Positions 17,308 to 26,586 of a stretch of 64,000 nt of DNA are shown here, one piece after another. A model generated the notes under the pieces. That model saw only the letters and a program-made list of their open reading frames with translations. It searched no databases and had not been told where the DNA came from. The position numbers and the translations under genes are program-made. Origin of the DNA: Bacillales bacterium UBA4691 (GTDB lineage Bacteria; Bacillota_I; Bacilli_A; RFN20; CAG-826). Positions within the stretch are counted from its first letter, which is position 1. Each line of letters opens with the position of its first letter. Location: the NCBI GenBank assembly GCA_002404865.1, contig DHKP01000007.1, positions 79,019 through 143,018 on the forward strand, read 5' to 3'.

Positions 17308-19184
17308 AAGCCAAGTTCCTCCTTCGAAAGTTGCGATAAAGCGATTGAGCGATAGGTCGCGCAGCGAGTAAGCAGCTCTTCATGCTTTCCTTGATCGATG
17401 ACATGACCGTTTTCTAAAACAAGAATTAAGTCCGCATCCATAATGGTTCCGATACGTTGAGCAACAATGACTTTTGTCGCAAAGGGGAAATATTCTTTTA
17501 AATTGCGCCGAACAATTAAATCCGTTTTGAAATCGAGCGCGCTAAAGGAATCATCGAAAACGAATAATTCGGGATTCATAGCAACCGCTCTAGCAATGCA
17601 AAGTCTTTGTCTTTGCCCGCCCGATACATTCGTTCCACCTTGCGAGATAGTGCTATCGTAGCCTTTCTCCATCTCATTCACAAAAGCATCAGCGCAAGCA
17701 ATCATAGCGGCCTTTTTCATCTCTTCATCGCTTAATAAAGGGTTTCCCAAGCGGATATTGCTCGCGACAGTCCCAGAAAACAGCACGCCTTTTTGCGGAA
17801 CAAAGCCAATCCGCCGGCGCATTTCTAGCTGGGATTGTTCTTTGACGTTTACCCCATCAAAAAGAACTTCGCCTTCATTCACGTCATATAAACGAGCGAT
17901 TAAATTAACCAGTGAGCTTTTCCCGCATCCCGTCGCCCCGATGATTGCTATCGTATCCCCTGCTTTAGCGGAAAAAGAAATGTGTTCAAGAATAGGCTTT
18001 TTGGCATCGGGATAAGCAAAAGTAACGTCTTTAAAAGCCAATGTCCCTTTTTCTTTAGGCTCAATTGGAGCAATTGGATCAACAATGGAAGACTTCATAT
18101 CAAGAACTTCGTTAATACGTTTAGCGCTCACTTGGGCACGAGGAAGGAACACGAATAGGAATAGAACCATCATAAACGACATGACGATTTGCGTCGCAAG
18201 CATCATAAAAGCGCTAACTGTGGCATAGTCGATTTCGCCCGCGTTGATAAGATTCGCCCCTAGCCAATACATCGCTAGAGAAACCCCGTCCATCACAATC
18301 ATCATAAATGGATTGAGCAAGCCCATCGCCCGGAAGGTGAAGAGGTTGGTTTTGGTTAGATTGTCATTCGCCTCTTTGAATTTTTTTGCTTGATAATCTT
18401 CCGCATTATAAGCGCGGATGACACGCACGCCATTGAGACTTTCCCGGGTGACTAAATTAAGCCGGTCAATCAATTTTTGAGATATTTTAAATTTAGGCAT
18501 GACGGTAACCACTAATGTCGCTAAGCCAACAACGAGAATCAAAACCGCGACAATCGTTACCCAAGTTAAAGAAGCGCTCGTCGCATTAATTTTGCAAAAC
18601 GCCCAAATCGCTGTAATCGGAGCAGCAAATGCCATTCTCATAATAATTAAAAATGCCATTGTCACTTGTTCGATATCGTTCGTGCTTCTCGTAACTAATG
18701 ATGCCGTGGAAAACTTATTGATTTCGTTTAAAGAAAAGTGAGAAACCTTGTCATTGATTTCCTTGCGGAGATTCGTGACAAAAGAGGCGGTAATCGCGCT
18801 CGCTAAAACCGCGACAAGTGTGCCAGAAAGCATACTTCCGAAAGCAGTAAGAAGCATGAAAGACCCTTCGCGCCAAATATCCATCGTAGAAGCGTCGCGA
18901 ATCGAAGCGACCATGTTTAGCTCTTCCGCGCTTGCTTTCCCACTACTTGCCAAAACCGTATAAAAACTAGTCCACTCGTTCCCGGAAACTTGGTAAATTC
19001 CATAAAGAAGATCCCCCATTTTCTCAGGATGCCCATGAATATCCACATAATTGATGACGCTAATCAAAGAGGAAACGAAGTCGGTCATCTTCATTGTGCA
19101 ATAAACCTGGAGAACCGTTAAACCAAGAATAATGAGGAGAAAAAGCCAATCAATCGGCCTAAATCGTTTGAGTAATTTAATCAT
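17304..19184 (-). CDS. ABC exporter, fused permease/ATPase subunit (first half of a heterodimeric pair)
   Basis: Walker A is GATGCGKSS, the signature is VSGGQRQR and Walker B is LFVFDDSFSALD. I trimmed the ORF-track start (19463) to the ATG at 19184 (MIKLLKRF), which has GGAGGG 5 nt upstream. The longer ORF would run through tRNA-Pro. Confidence 0.9.
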   Translation of the reverse strand: MIKLLKRFRPIDWLFLLIILGLTVLQVYCTMKMTDFVSSLISVINYVDIHGHPEKMGDLLYGIYQVSGNEWTSFYTVLASSGKASAEELNMVASIRDASTMDIWREGSFMLLTAFGSMLSGTLVAVLASAITASFVTNLRKEINDKVSHFSLNEINKFSTASLVTRSTNDIEQVTMAFLIIMRMAFAAPITAIWAFCKINATSASLTWVTIVAVLILVVGLATLVVTVMPKFKISQKLIDRLNLVTRESLNGVRVIRAYNAEDYQAKKFKEANDNLTKTNLFTFRAMGLLNPFMMIVMDGVSLAMYWLGANLINAGEIDYATVSAFMMLATQIVMSFMMVLFLFVFLPRAQVSAKRINEVLDMKSSIVDPIAPIEPKEKGTLAFKDVTFAYPDAKKPILEHISFSAKAGDTIAIIGATGCGKSSLVNLIARLYDVNEGEVLFDGVNVKEQSQLEMRRRIGFVPQKGVLFSGTVASNIRLGNPLLSDEEMKKAAMIACADAFVNEMEKGYDSTISQGGTNVSGGQRQRLCIARAVAMNPELFVFDDSFSALDFKTDLIVRRNLKEYFPFATKVIVAQRIGTIMDADLILVLENGHVIDQGKHEELLTRCATYRSIALSQLSKEELGL

Positions 19185-19301
19185 AGTTTCCCTCCATAGG
19201 TTCTTCCAACTTCGTATAAACAAAAAACAATTGGTTTTTATTTGGAAATTTGACTTTCTTTCTAGAAAGACGGGTTTGATTATAAACCTTATCGCACCTA
19301 A

Positions 19302-19334
19302 CAAAAAAGGCTTGATGCACTTTCTCACCAAGCC
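19302..19334 (-). terminator. Rho-independent terminator downstream of the tRNA operon
   Basis: On the minus strand the sequence is GGCUUG-gugagaaagugcau-CAAGCC followed by UUUUUUG. Confidence 0.6.
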
Positions 19335-19345
19335 AACATTTTTAT

Positions 19346-19423
19346 TGGTCGGGATACTCAGATTCGAACTGAGGGTCTTCTGCTCCCAAAGCAGACGCGG
19401 TAACCAAGCTGCGCTATATCCCG
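19346..19423 (-). tRNA. tRNA-Pro (anticodon TGG)
   Basis: The 78-nt sequence is CGGGATATAGCGCAG...TCTGC-TTTGGGA-GCAGA...GGTTCGAATC-type T arm...TATCCCGACCA. The acceptor stem is CGGGATA/TATCCCG. CCA is encoded. Confidence 0.93.
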
Positions 19424-19523
19424 AGCGCTCGAATATTATCCTCACTAAAGAGGGAAAATACAAGGGGAAAATTTTCTAAATTCTAAAAGAAAAAGCCTAG
19501 CAAGTGCTAGACTTTGTGTACAT

Positions 19524-19600
19524 TGGCGCGCCAGACAAGATTCGAACTCGTGACCCACAGATTCGTAGTCTGTTACTCTATCCAGCTGAGCTACTGGCGC
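19524..19600 (-). tRNA. tRNA-Arg (anticodon ACG)
   Basis: The 77-nt sequence is GCGCCAGTAGCTCAGCTGGATAGAG...ACAGA-CTACGAA-TCTGT...GAGTTCGAATCTTGTCTGGCGCGCCA. Confidence 0.93.
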
Positions 19601-19667
19601 ATTGGCTATCAACATTGACAGCGCGTATTACTATAGTCATCCTCTTAACGAGAATCAACCATTAAAT

Positions 19668-19741
19668 TGGAGCTTCCGGGCGGGATCGAACCGCCGGTCA
19701 AGGATTTGCAGTCCCATGCCTTACCGCTTGGCTACGGAAGC
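19668..19741 (-). tRNA. tRNA-Cys (anticodon GCA)
   Basis: The 74-nt sequence is GCTTCCGTAGCCAAGCGGTAAGGC...CTGCAAA loop...GGCGGTTCGATCCCGCCCGGAAGCTCCA. The discriminator is U73, as is typical for Cys. Confidence 0.9.
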
Positions 19742-19751
19742 AGCGAAACGG

Positions 19752-19781
19752 ATTATAGCACCACTCCGCTACTTTAATCAA
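19752..19781 (-). promoter_or_regulatory. Sigma70-type promoter of the Cys-Arg-Pro tRNA operon
   Basis: On the minus strand the element is TTGATT, an 18-nt spacer, then TGcTATAAT (extended -10). The -10 ends 10 nt before the 5' end of tRNA-Cys. Confidence 0.55.
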
Positions 19782-19803
19782 TTATTTCTCGGTGAAAACC
19801 GCG

Positions 19804-19829
19804 AAAAAAAGCCCCCGAAATCCAGGGGC
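19804..19829 (-). terminator. Rho-independent terminator of the pot operon
   Basis: On the minus strand the sequence is GCCCC-uggauuucg-GGGGC followed by UUUUUUU. It lies immediately after the potD stop. Confidence 0.65.
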
Positions 19830-19835
19830 AATTTT

Positions 19836-21752
19836 TTAAGGGGCTTTCCTTTCAAGCCGACGATTCTTTCTTAATTTTTTATTGGCGATTTTGTATCCCA
19901 TGTATAAGCCGAAGGCAACTAAAATCGTAGTAACTTCAATGGAAAGAACAATTGCTACCCATAAAGGAACGCTCCCGCTTTTAACGCTTTCCCACATCTT
20001 CAAAACGTAACTATTGTTCTCGCCATAATCTTCCATGATGCAAAGCTTAGGAAGTAGTTCCTTTGGGGGGTATTGGGCATAAAACCCTCGACCCACCATA
20101 ACGGTTTCTAACTCTCCAGCAAGGTTTTTGCCAGTCACCTCTTCATAGCTATCGCTATAGAAAATAGCGTCTATTCCATCTTGATAATCGCTGTCTTCTT
20201 TGTAAGATCCATCAAAGAAATAGGTCAAGTCGACTTGGGTCCAACCTTCTTCTTTAGCAATTTCTCCCCAACTCGAGGCATTCCCGTCGATGACAGGGGT
20301 ATAGAAATCACTTCCCGTCATATCTAGCTCTCCGAAATCAATCGTGTGCGTTTCACCGTTAACTTCTTTTTCTAACGTTCCTGAGCCATCTTTAAATAGC
20401 GGTTCATCGTTTTCGTCATAATAATAGTCATCGGCGGTTTCGTCATAAGCATAAATATAGTAACTACGAGGATCATACCATTGACGAACGAGTTCCAAAA
20501 TATCGTCACCCGCGATAAAAGGGGTATAGCCAATATAATCCATGTTTTGGGCGGCGATAGTGGGATTGGAGATAAAGTCGATAAATTTTTGGGCGTATTC
20601 TTGGTTTTTGCAGTCCTTAAGCATCACCCAACCATCAAACCAGATGTTGCCACCGGTTTTTGGTATTGAATAATATAAATGCGTTCCAAGCGTTTCAGCA
20701 GTATCGATTGAGTAGACGGCATCGCCACTCCACGCCATACCGATTCCAGAAAGCTTTCCGTCCAAAATATCGCTTTTGCCACTATCGACTTCTAATCCAT
20801 AAGAATTCGCGCGCAGAGAAGAAAGAACGTCTTCAATCGAAGAAATGATCGATTCAGCCGTCGCGTTTCCCTCTAACCCATACTTTTTGCAAAGCGCATT
20901 AAAATCATCGATATGAGAAATGTTATTGAAGATAGTTGAGATTTCCTTGTTGTATTCGGATTCGCTAATTTCATGATTCTCGAATTTTTGGAGAATTTTC
21001 GTAAAAAGTCCGTCGTAGCATTTCATCAAGCCAACCGAATAAGTGTCACGCATGGAGTCCTTGATTTGAAAACTGCCTTGATAATTTTTGTTCCAAAGGG
21101 CGTTCCAATCATTCATTTGGACTTTCACGTCGCTAGATGTTAATAAGGGATCCCCGTTTTCATCCGTTTGCTTTAAAAAACGATAGAATTCAGGATTATA
21201 GATAATACCAAGCGTCCCCCACATATAGCCTCTAGCGTAGTCGTTTAAGGTAGCGATTGTCCCATCGGGGAGTTTTGCGGATATCGTTTTAAAAACGTCC
21301 TGGAGATAAGGAGAAGCATAAAGAGAATAATTGTCTTCCCATCCTTTTGTGCGGTCTCCATATAATTTGATGCGGTCTTCCCCACTAGCAAAAGGGATGC
21401 ACATTCCTTTGCTCATCATCTTTTGGATCATGTAATCGCTAGGGCACACCAAATCGTAACTCGCTGAACCGGTTTCTAACTGTGAAAGCATGATTTCGTT
21501 AGTATCGAAGACATCGTAAGTAATATCCAATGTAACGCCGTCAGTTTCTTTGACATATTTCTTAAATTCTTCGATAACGCCATCTCCGTTTTCTTCTTTG
21601 TAAATATAATCGTTCGAATTATAAATCTTAAGTGTCGTTACCGCTTCATTTGCTTTAGAAAGATGGGCAATAACATTACTAGGCAAGGCTTTCGCACTCG
21701 TTCCTAGAAACAAGAAAGAGGATAAAGAAAGGGCAAGTAGCTGGCTGATCAT
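19836..21752 (-). CDS. potD: Spermidine/putrescine-type extracellular solute-binding protein. It is unusually long (638 aa), with an N-terminal signal and a C-terminal TM anchor
   Basis: It is the last gene of the potABCD-like operon, and its start overlaps the potC stop (ATGA). The PotD-like core includes YDLVCPSDYMIQKMMSKGM. An acidic insertion and the C-terminal PLWVAIVLSIEVTTILVAFGLYMGY + KIANKKLRKNRRLERKAP are atypical. Confidence 0.85.
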   Translation of the reverse strand: MISQLLALSLSSFLFLGTSAKALPSNVIAHLSKANEAVTTLKIYNSNDYIYKEENGDGVIEEFKKYVKETDGVTLDITYDVFDTNEIMLSQLETGSASYDLVCPSDYMIQKMMSKGMCIPFASGEDRIKLYGDRTKGWEDNYSLYASPYLQDVFKTISAKLPDGTIATLNDYARGYMWGTLGIIYNPEFYRFLKQTDENGDPLLTSSDVKVQMNDWNALWNKNYQGSFQIKDSMRDTYSVGLMKCYDGLFTKILQKFENHEISESEYNKEISTIFNNISHIDDFNALCKKYGLEGNATAESIISSIEDVLSSLRANSYGLEVDSGKSDILDGKLSGIGMAWSGDAVYSIDTAETLGTHLYYSIPKTGGNIWFDGWVMLKDCKNQEYAQKFIDFISNPTIAAQNMDYIGYTPFIAGDDILELVRQWYDPRSYYIYAYDETADDYYYDENDEPLFKDGSGTLEKEVNGETHTIDFGELDMTGSDFYTPVIDGNASSWGEIAKEEGWTQVDLTYFFDGSYKEDSDYQDGIDAIFYSDSYEEVTGKNLAGELETVMVGRGFYAQYPPKELLPKLCIMEDYGENNSYVLKMWESVKSGSVPLWVAIVLSIEVTTILVAFGLYMGYKIANKKLRKNRRLERKAP

Positions 21753-22624
21753 AATTTTGCTCTCCTTTCTGCGTGTTTGTCCACGCTTTTTCCTTTGCGT
21801 GAGCCATAGATGCTATAAACGACAACGACGAGGATCACGAGTAAGAAAATAATCGTGCAAAGCGCCCTCATCTTGGCAGGTAAAGGTTTTTTCTTAATGA
21901 TAGATTCAACGTAAGTCGAAATGGTTTCAATCTTCCCTTGTCCGCTTAATAAGCCGGGGCCGGAAGTAAAAGCCGTCACGATAAAATCGTCCAAAGAAAG
22001 GGTAACAGAAAGTAAAAATCCGCTGAATACGCCAGGCATAATCTCTGGAAGAACCGCTTTTCTTAGAGCTTGATGAGGGGTGCATCCGCAATCCAATGCC
22101 GCTTCATATAAAGCGGGATCCATTTGAATTAGCTTCGGCTTAACGGAAAGGTAGACAAAAGGGGTTGTCAAGACTAGATGCCCAATTAGCAAAGTCCAAA
22201 AAGAGAACTGCATATCCTTGAATACATAAGTTCCAAGGAAAACGAACATAATGGTAAGAGATAAAGCAATAACGATTTCAGGGTTCACAACCGGAATTTG
22301 TGTCGTGAATTCAATTCCGCGCTTCACGCGCTTTTTGCATTCGTGCGCCCCAATTGCCCCGATTGTTCCTAAGAAAGTAGCGACTGTCGCGCTAATTAAA
22401 GCGATAATCACAGTATTTCCAATCGCGATTTGCACTTTTTGATCAACGAATAGCTCCGAATATAAATCAAAAGTGAAGCCGTTCCAAATACCTAGTTTTG
22501 GGGAATCCGTGAAGGAAAAGATAACGAGGACAAGAATCGGCGCGTACATCAAAGCAAGCAACGCCCAAATGTAAGATAACCCTCCAACTTTTTGAAGGCG
22601 CTCTTTGGTTTCTTTTTTTACCAT
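21749..22624 (-). CDS. potC: Spermidine/putrescine ABC transporter permease
   Basis: 291 aa and polytopic. It has the binding-protein-dependent permease EAA-type loop (YEAALDCGCTPHQALRKAVLPEI). Its position in the operon supports the call. Confidence 0.9.
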   Translation of the reverse strand: MVKKETKERLQKVGGLSYIWALLALMYAPILVLVIFSFTDSPKLGIWNGFTFDLYSELFVDQKVQIAIGNTVIIALISATVATFLGTIGAIGAHECKKRVKRGIEFTTQIPVVNPEIVIALSLTIMFVFLGTYVFKDMQFSFWTLLIGHLVLTTPFVYLSVKPKLIQMDPALYEAALDCGCTPHQALRKAVLPEIMPGVFSGFLLSVTLSLDDFIVTAFTSGPGLLSGQGKIETISTYVESIIKKKPLPAKMRALCTIIFLLVILVVVVYSIYGSRKGKSVDKHAERRAKL

Positions 22625-23463
22625 AAGTTACCTCCTCTAGCTTCCGCCGCATCACTCCCAGAAAAACGATGAGTCAAAAGCATGCTGATGCCAATAATAA
22701 AGAGCATAATAAGCGCCATAAAGCTTCCTTCGCTCCACTGGGAATTTGTAAAATTCAGATAAATCGAGTTGCCAAACAAAGTGATTTTGCCTTCGCTTAA
22801 AGTATCGCTGATAACATAAGAGCTCATGACCGGCATAAACACCATTTCGGCGGCGCTAACAATGCCGGGAAGAGACTGGGGGAGAACGCTTTTAATGAAG
22901 GTTTGAAAAGGGTTTGCCCCCAAATCCGCTGCTGCTTCTACTTGCGATTTATCAAGTTTAAGCATCGTCGTATATAAAGGAAGAATCGTAAAAGGCAAAT
23001 AGTTATAGACCATCCCGATTAAAGTTGCCGTCCAAGGATAATCCCCTCCCGCTAAGCCAATCCAAAGGAGCAAGTCGCGTGTTGCGCCAGTGCGGATGAC
23101 GAAATTGATCCACATTGGCATAATAAATAGAAGGACAAGGACAGCGTTTTTATTGTATTTACGATTGGCTAGAAAATAGGCGGCCGGATAGCCGAGTAAT
23201 AGGCAAATAATCGTTGTTTGTAGCCCAACAAATAAGGACATGAGCAAAACGTTCCATTTGCTCGCTATCGTGAAGAAACTAACGACAGCCGCAAAAGAGA
23301 AATTCCCACTACTATCGGTAAAAGCATACCAAACGATAAGCAAAAGCGGAACGATGACAAACAATATTAGGAATAGAGCGTAAGGTATTGCTAAGTTTTT
23401 CCGCTTTAAGGCGAAGAAAGAGGCGAATCTCCCCTTTCTTTCTTCTTTAGTCAGCGACTTCAT
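22618..23463 (-). CDS. potB: Spermidine/putrescine ABC transporter permease
   Basis: 281 aa. The EAA loop is VEAAADLGANPFQTFIKSVLPQSLPG. It overlaps both neighbouring genes. Confidence 0.9.
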   Translation of the reverse strand: MKSLTKEERKGRFASFFALKRKNLAIPYALFLILFVIVPLLLIVWYAFTDSSGNFSFAAVVSFFTIASKWNVLLMSLFVGLQTTIICLLLGYPAAYFLANRKYNKNAVLVLLFIMPMWINFVIRTGATRDLLLWIGLAGGDYPWTATLIGMVYNYLPFTILPLYTTMLKLDKSQVEAAADLGANPFQTFIKSVLPQSLPGIVSAAEMVFMPVMSSYVISDTLSEGKITLFGNSIYLNFTNSQWSEGSFMALIMLFIIGISMLLTHRFSGSDAAEARGGNLW

Positions 23464-24973
23464 AGTTAGAAATGTCTTTTTTGAGTTTGACTTTGAAGTT
23501 TTCTTTAGCGATGTCGACGCTCACAACATCGTCAAGATTCCATTCATAAGGAGAATTAACAATAAAGTCTTCCTCTTCTTCGGTGCGGATAATGTATTGA
23601 TAATGATCGCCTTTATAGACACTGGAGATGATTTTACCCTGCGCTTTTCCGCTAGAGAGGTCATCGCTCATCGATACGGAGTCAAAGGCGCAAGAAAGGG
23701 TGATTTCCGCATCTGTCAAATCGTACTTCTTTTTGCTCTTAGGATCGAATAAATATCCATCTTCATCTATGACGCTTCCTTTTAATAGTTGAGTCAAATC
23801 AGCATCAAAAGGATCGCTTCCGATATAAACATGGCCATCTTTATCGATATAAGATTCGCCCCAAACATTGAGGGAAACGTCCTTATGCATGACTTGCAGA
23901 TTCTCTGGGTCGACCGAGATATAAACCTTGGTGCCCACTTTTCTTGCTCTATGATCGCGACACGTCATTTCCGCTTTTCCAATTTCAATGACGTAGCTAT
24001 AGTCTTCGCCTTTGAAGACCGCGCTCGTAATGGTTCCAGAAACATTTCCGCCTTCTTTTTCACTCAAAATAACGTCCTCGGGGCGGATAACGACGTCAAC
24101 CTTCTCATTAAGTGCGAAATTATCAACGCAATCCCATTTCGCACCGAGGAAATGCACTTTCTTTTCCCCTGCCATTGTGCCGTTATAGATATTGCTTTCC
24201 CCGATAAAATCAGCAACGTAAGCGTTCACCGGCTCATTATAGATGTCTTCAGGAGTACCAACTTGCTGAATTTCGCCATCACTCATGACGACAATCGTAT
24301 CGCTCATCGTGAGAGCTTCTTCTTGGTCGTGGGTGACATAAATAAAAGTAATGCCTAACTTTTTATGCATTTCCTTTAATTCGATTTGCATATCTTTGCG
24401 CATCTTGTGGTCAAGAGCGCTAAGAGGTTCGTCGAGTAACAAAACTTCCGGTTCAAGAACGATGGCGCGTGCAATGGCAACTCGCTGTTGCTGACCGCCA
24501 GACAAAGTATTGATGTTGCGGTCTTCCATTTCGCTAAGATCGACAATTTCTAAGGCTTTCGCCACTTTATCATCGATTTCTTTCACCGAAAGGTGTTTTA
24601 ATTTCGTGACTTTCTCACCTTTTCGATTGGTCATAGTCACAGGAACCTTCTTTAATTTAAGACCAAACGCAACGTTATCGTAAACATCCAAATAAGGAAA
24701 TAAGGCATAGTGCTGAAAAACCGTATTAATCGGTCGCTTATAAGGGGGAAGGGTCGTAATATCCTCCCCATTCAGCAAAATCTTTCCTTTTGTCGGAATA
24801 TCGAAACCGGCAATCATCCTTAAAGTCGTGGATTTTCCACAACCTGAAGGGCCAAGGAGTGTTACAAATTCTCCCTTTTTGATGTCCAAATTAAAATCCT
24901 CAACGGCCACAAAACTACCGCCGTCGAATTCTTTGCGGACATGCTGTAACGAAATGATGGTATTAGCGTCCAT
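23447..24973 (-). CDS. potA: Spermidine/putrescine ABC transporter ATPase with a duplicated C-terminal regulatory (TOBE-like) domain
   Basis: Walker A is GPSGCGKST, the signature is LSGGQQQRVAIARA and Walker B is LLLDEPLSALD. At 508 aa it is ~130 aa longer than typical PotA. The two similar C-terminal modules are GTITSAVFKGEDYSYVIE... and GKIISSVYKGDHYQYIIR.... The RBS is GGGAGG. Confidence 0.93.
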   Translation of the reverse strand: MDANTIISLQHVRKEFDGGSFVAVEDFNLDIKKGEFVTLLGPSGCGKSTTLRMIAGFDIPTKGKILLNGEDITTLPPYKRPINTVFQHYALFPYLDVYDNVAFGLKLKKVPVTMTNRKGEKVTKLKHLSVKEIDDKVAKALEIVDLSEMEDRNINTLSGGQQQRVAIARAIVLEPEVLLLDEPLSALDHKMRKDMQIELKEMHKKLGITFIYVTHDQEEALTMSDTIVVMSDGEIQQVGTPEDIYNEPVNAYVADFIGESNIYNGTMAGEKKVHFLGAKWDCVDNFALNEKVDVVIRPEDVILSEKEGGNVSGTITSAVFKGEDYSYVIEIGKAEMTCRDHRARKVGTKVYISVDPENLQVMHKDVSLNVWGESYIDKDGHVYIGSDPFDADLTQLLKGSVIDEDGYLFDPKSKKKYDLTDAEITLSCAFDSVSMSDDLSSGKAQGKIISSVYKGDHYQYIIRTEEEEDFIVNSPYEWNLDDVVSVDIAKENFKVKLKKDISNYEVAD

Positions 24974-25345
24974 CGCATTGCCTCCCTTTCTTTAAAGAAA
25001 CAACCAACAAATGCCAAGCGCACCCTCTCAAAACGAGCAGGCATATTTGACGGCGAAAAATATGGACCAAAAAGAGGGTAAAATCAATAACTTTTTTCAT
25101 ATTTTTTTCGCTGGTGCTTTTCCGGAGCGGAATTCAAAAAAGAAAAAGTGGGCTTTCTTTCGGCCGTTTCTAGTCAATTCAATGTTTTTTTATCGCAAAA
25201 AAATCTTTAAGATTTCGCAAGTTTTTACACGAAAAAAGGGGATGATTATTCTCCCGCGCTTTTCTCTAACGTTTTCCGTCCCACTTTTTTAGCAAATTTT
25301 CTCATAATTTCTTGACCGAAATTAGTAGCAAGCTAAACTACTTTT

Positions 25346-26539
25346 ATGAACAAAAAACCACTTCTTTTATTTTTATCAATCGGGATGACATTTTTGTCTA
25401 CGCTTTCTTGCTCACAAAGGCAGGAAAACGATTCTCCGATTCTTCTACCTTATGGAAATTTATTTGATTCTTCTTTAAAGGAGGAAGAAGCCTTTAAGAA
25501 GCTGACTTATAGTGGCTTTTCTTCCATGGTAAAAGAAAAGAACGATTCTAGCGCAAACTACGATTCCTTCTTTTTAGTGGTTCGTGGGTCAAGTCAAAGC
25601 TGCCTTTGTTGGATCAATGTACGCGAAAATTTGGCCCGTTACATGAAGAAAAACAACCTACTTACCTATCTTCTTACTTTAAGTGATGATTTTGTGGCCG
25701 ACGGAAAAGAACGCGATTATAAAGGATTAAATCTAAAAAGAGGCGAACAAACGATCGCGATATTCGAAAATGGAGCTCTTAAGTACCAAATGAATTTAAC
25801 CGAGGGAAGCGAGTACAGTAAAGATTATGAGAAATTCGAAGCGTATCTCGATTCCCATTTAAAAGTTGGAAATGTTCTTTATATTAGTAAAAAACAGCTG
25901 GACGCTCTCTATCAACAAGGGGATGGAGCGCCTAGTTTTGTGGTTGGCTTTACGCGCAATAGCTGTCCAGACTGCACTTATATTAATCGCCACCGCCTTA
26001 AAGAAATCGCTTCAAGCGAAGAATACAACGTAAGCTATTTATTCGATTGTGACACCGAAGGCGTGAGATTATATAAGGGCGAAGAAGCGAAAGAGAACGG
26101 AAGCGAAAACGCTAAAATTGCTTATCAAAATTGGATAACGTTTAAAAACGACCACGGTTTAAGCGATGTTGAAAACAAAGAGCTAGGGTATAAAGAAGGA
26201 TACGTCCCTACCTGGACTTGCAATCTTCCTGGCTTATCGACGAAAATCGAATCGATCAAAGATATGTTTGTTTGGGGAAATGACTCTATCATCAAAAATG
26301 GCGACATTTATGAAGTCGCCACAACTTATTTCGATGGTTCTAGAGAACATGCCTTTCTTAGCGATAAGAGCATCTTGGACAAATCGAAAGTGAACAAAAC
26401 AAATTTAAAAGGACTAGAAGTTCCTAAAAGCGAACTAAATTTAATCGGTGAAACTCCTTATTGGACGCATGAGGCAAGCTCGAAATACGAGGACCCGCTA
26501 TTGACCGCGTTTTTCAATTATTATTGTTCAAAAAAATAA
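25346..26539 (+). CDS. Lipoprotein with a thioredoxin-like CxxC motif (hypothetical)
   Basis: A signal peptide is followed by the lipobox LSTLSC. The motifs FVVGFTRNSCPDCTYINRH (CxxC) and an earlier SSQSCLCWIN are present. It resembles Bta-type thioredoxin-fold accessory proteins. This is an inference only. Confidence 0.6.
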   Translation: MNKKPLLLFLSIGMTFLSTLSCSQRQENDSPILLPYGNLFDSSLKEEEAFKKLTYSGFSSMVKEKNDSSANYDSFFLVVRGSSQSCLCWINVRENLARYMKKNNLLTYLLTLSDDFVADGKERDYKGLNLKRGEQTIAIFENGALKYQMNLTEGSEYSKDYEKFEAYLDSHLKVGNVLYISKKQLDALYQQGDGAPSFVVGFTRNSCPDCTYINRHRLKEIASSEEYNVSYLFDCDTEGVRLYKGEEAKENGSENAKIAYQNWITFKNDHGLSDVENKELGYKEGYVPTWTCNLPGLSTKIESIKDMFVWGNDSIIKNGDIYEVATTYFDGSREHAFLSDKSILDKSKVNKTNLKGLEVPKSELNLIGETPYWTHEASSKYEDPLLTAFFNYYCSKK

Positions 26540-26586
26540 AAGACTAATTCCGAAGAGCTAGTCTTTATATCGTCGTAATGATGAGG

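Noticed and set aside
17304-19463. The 719-aa version of the first ABC exporter ORF
   Set aside because: The first 93 codons have no ABC-like sequence and run straight through tRNA-Pro (19346-19423) and its terminator. The internal ATG at 19184 has a GGAGGG RBS and begins with a normal TM1.
19602-19874. 90-aa plus-strand ORF, and the 115-aa ORF at 19132-19479
   Set aside because: Both are antisense to tRNA genes (Cys, Pro) and to the terminators in the tRNA cluster.
23789-24358. 189-aa plus-strand ORF inside potA. Similar antisense ORFs occur at 36487-36867, 43237-43713, 48878-49252, 60774-61178 and 62721-63131
   Set aside because: They lie entirely antisense to long genes with strong family motifs. 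They have no RBS and a biased, low-complexity composition. They are shadow ORFs.
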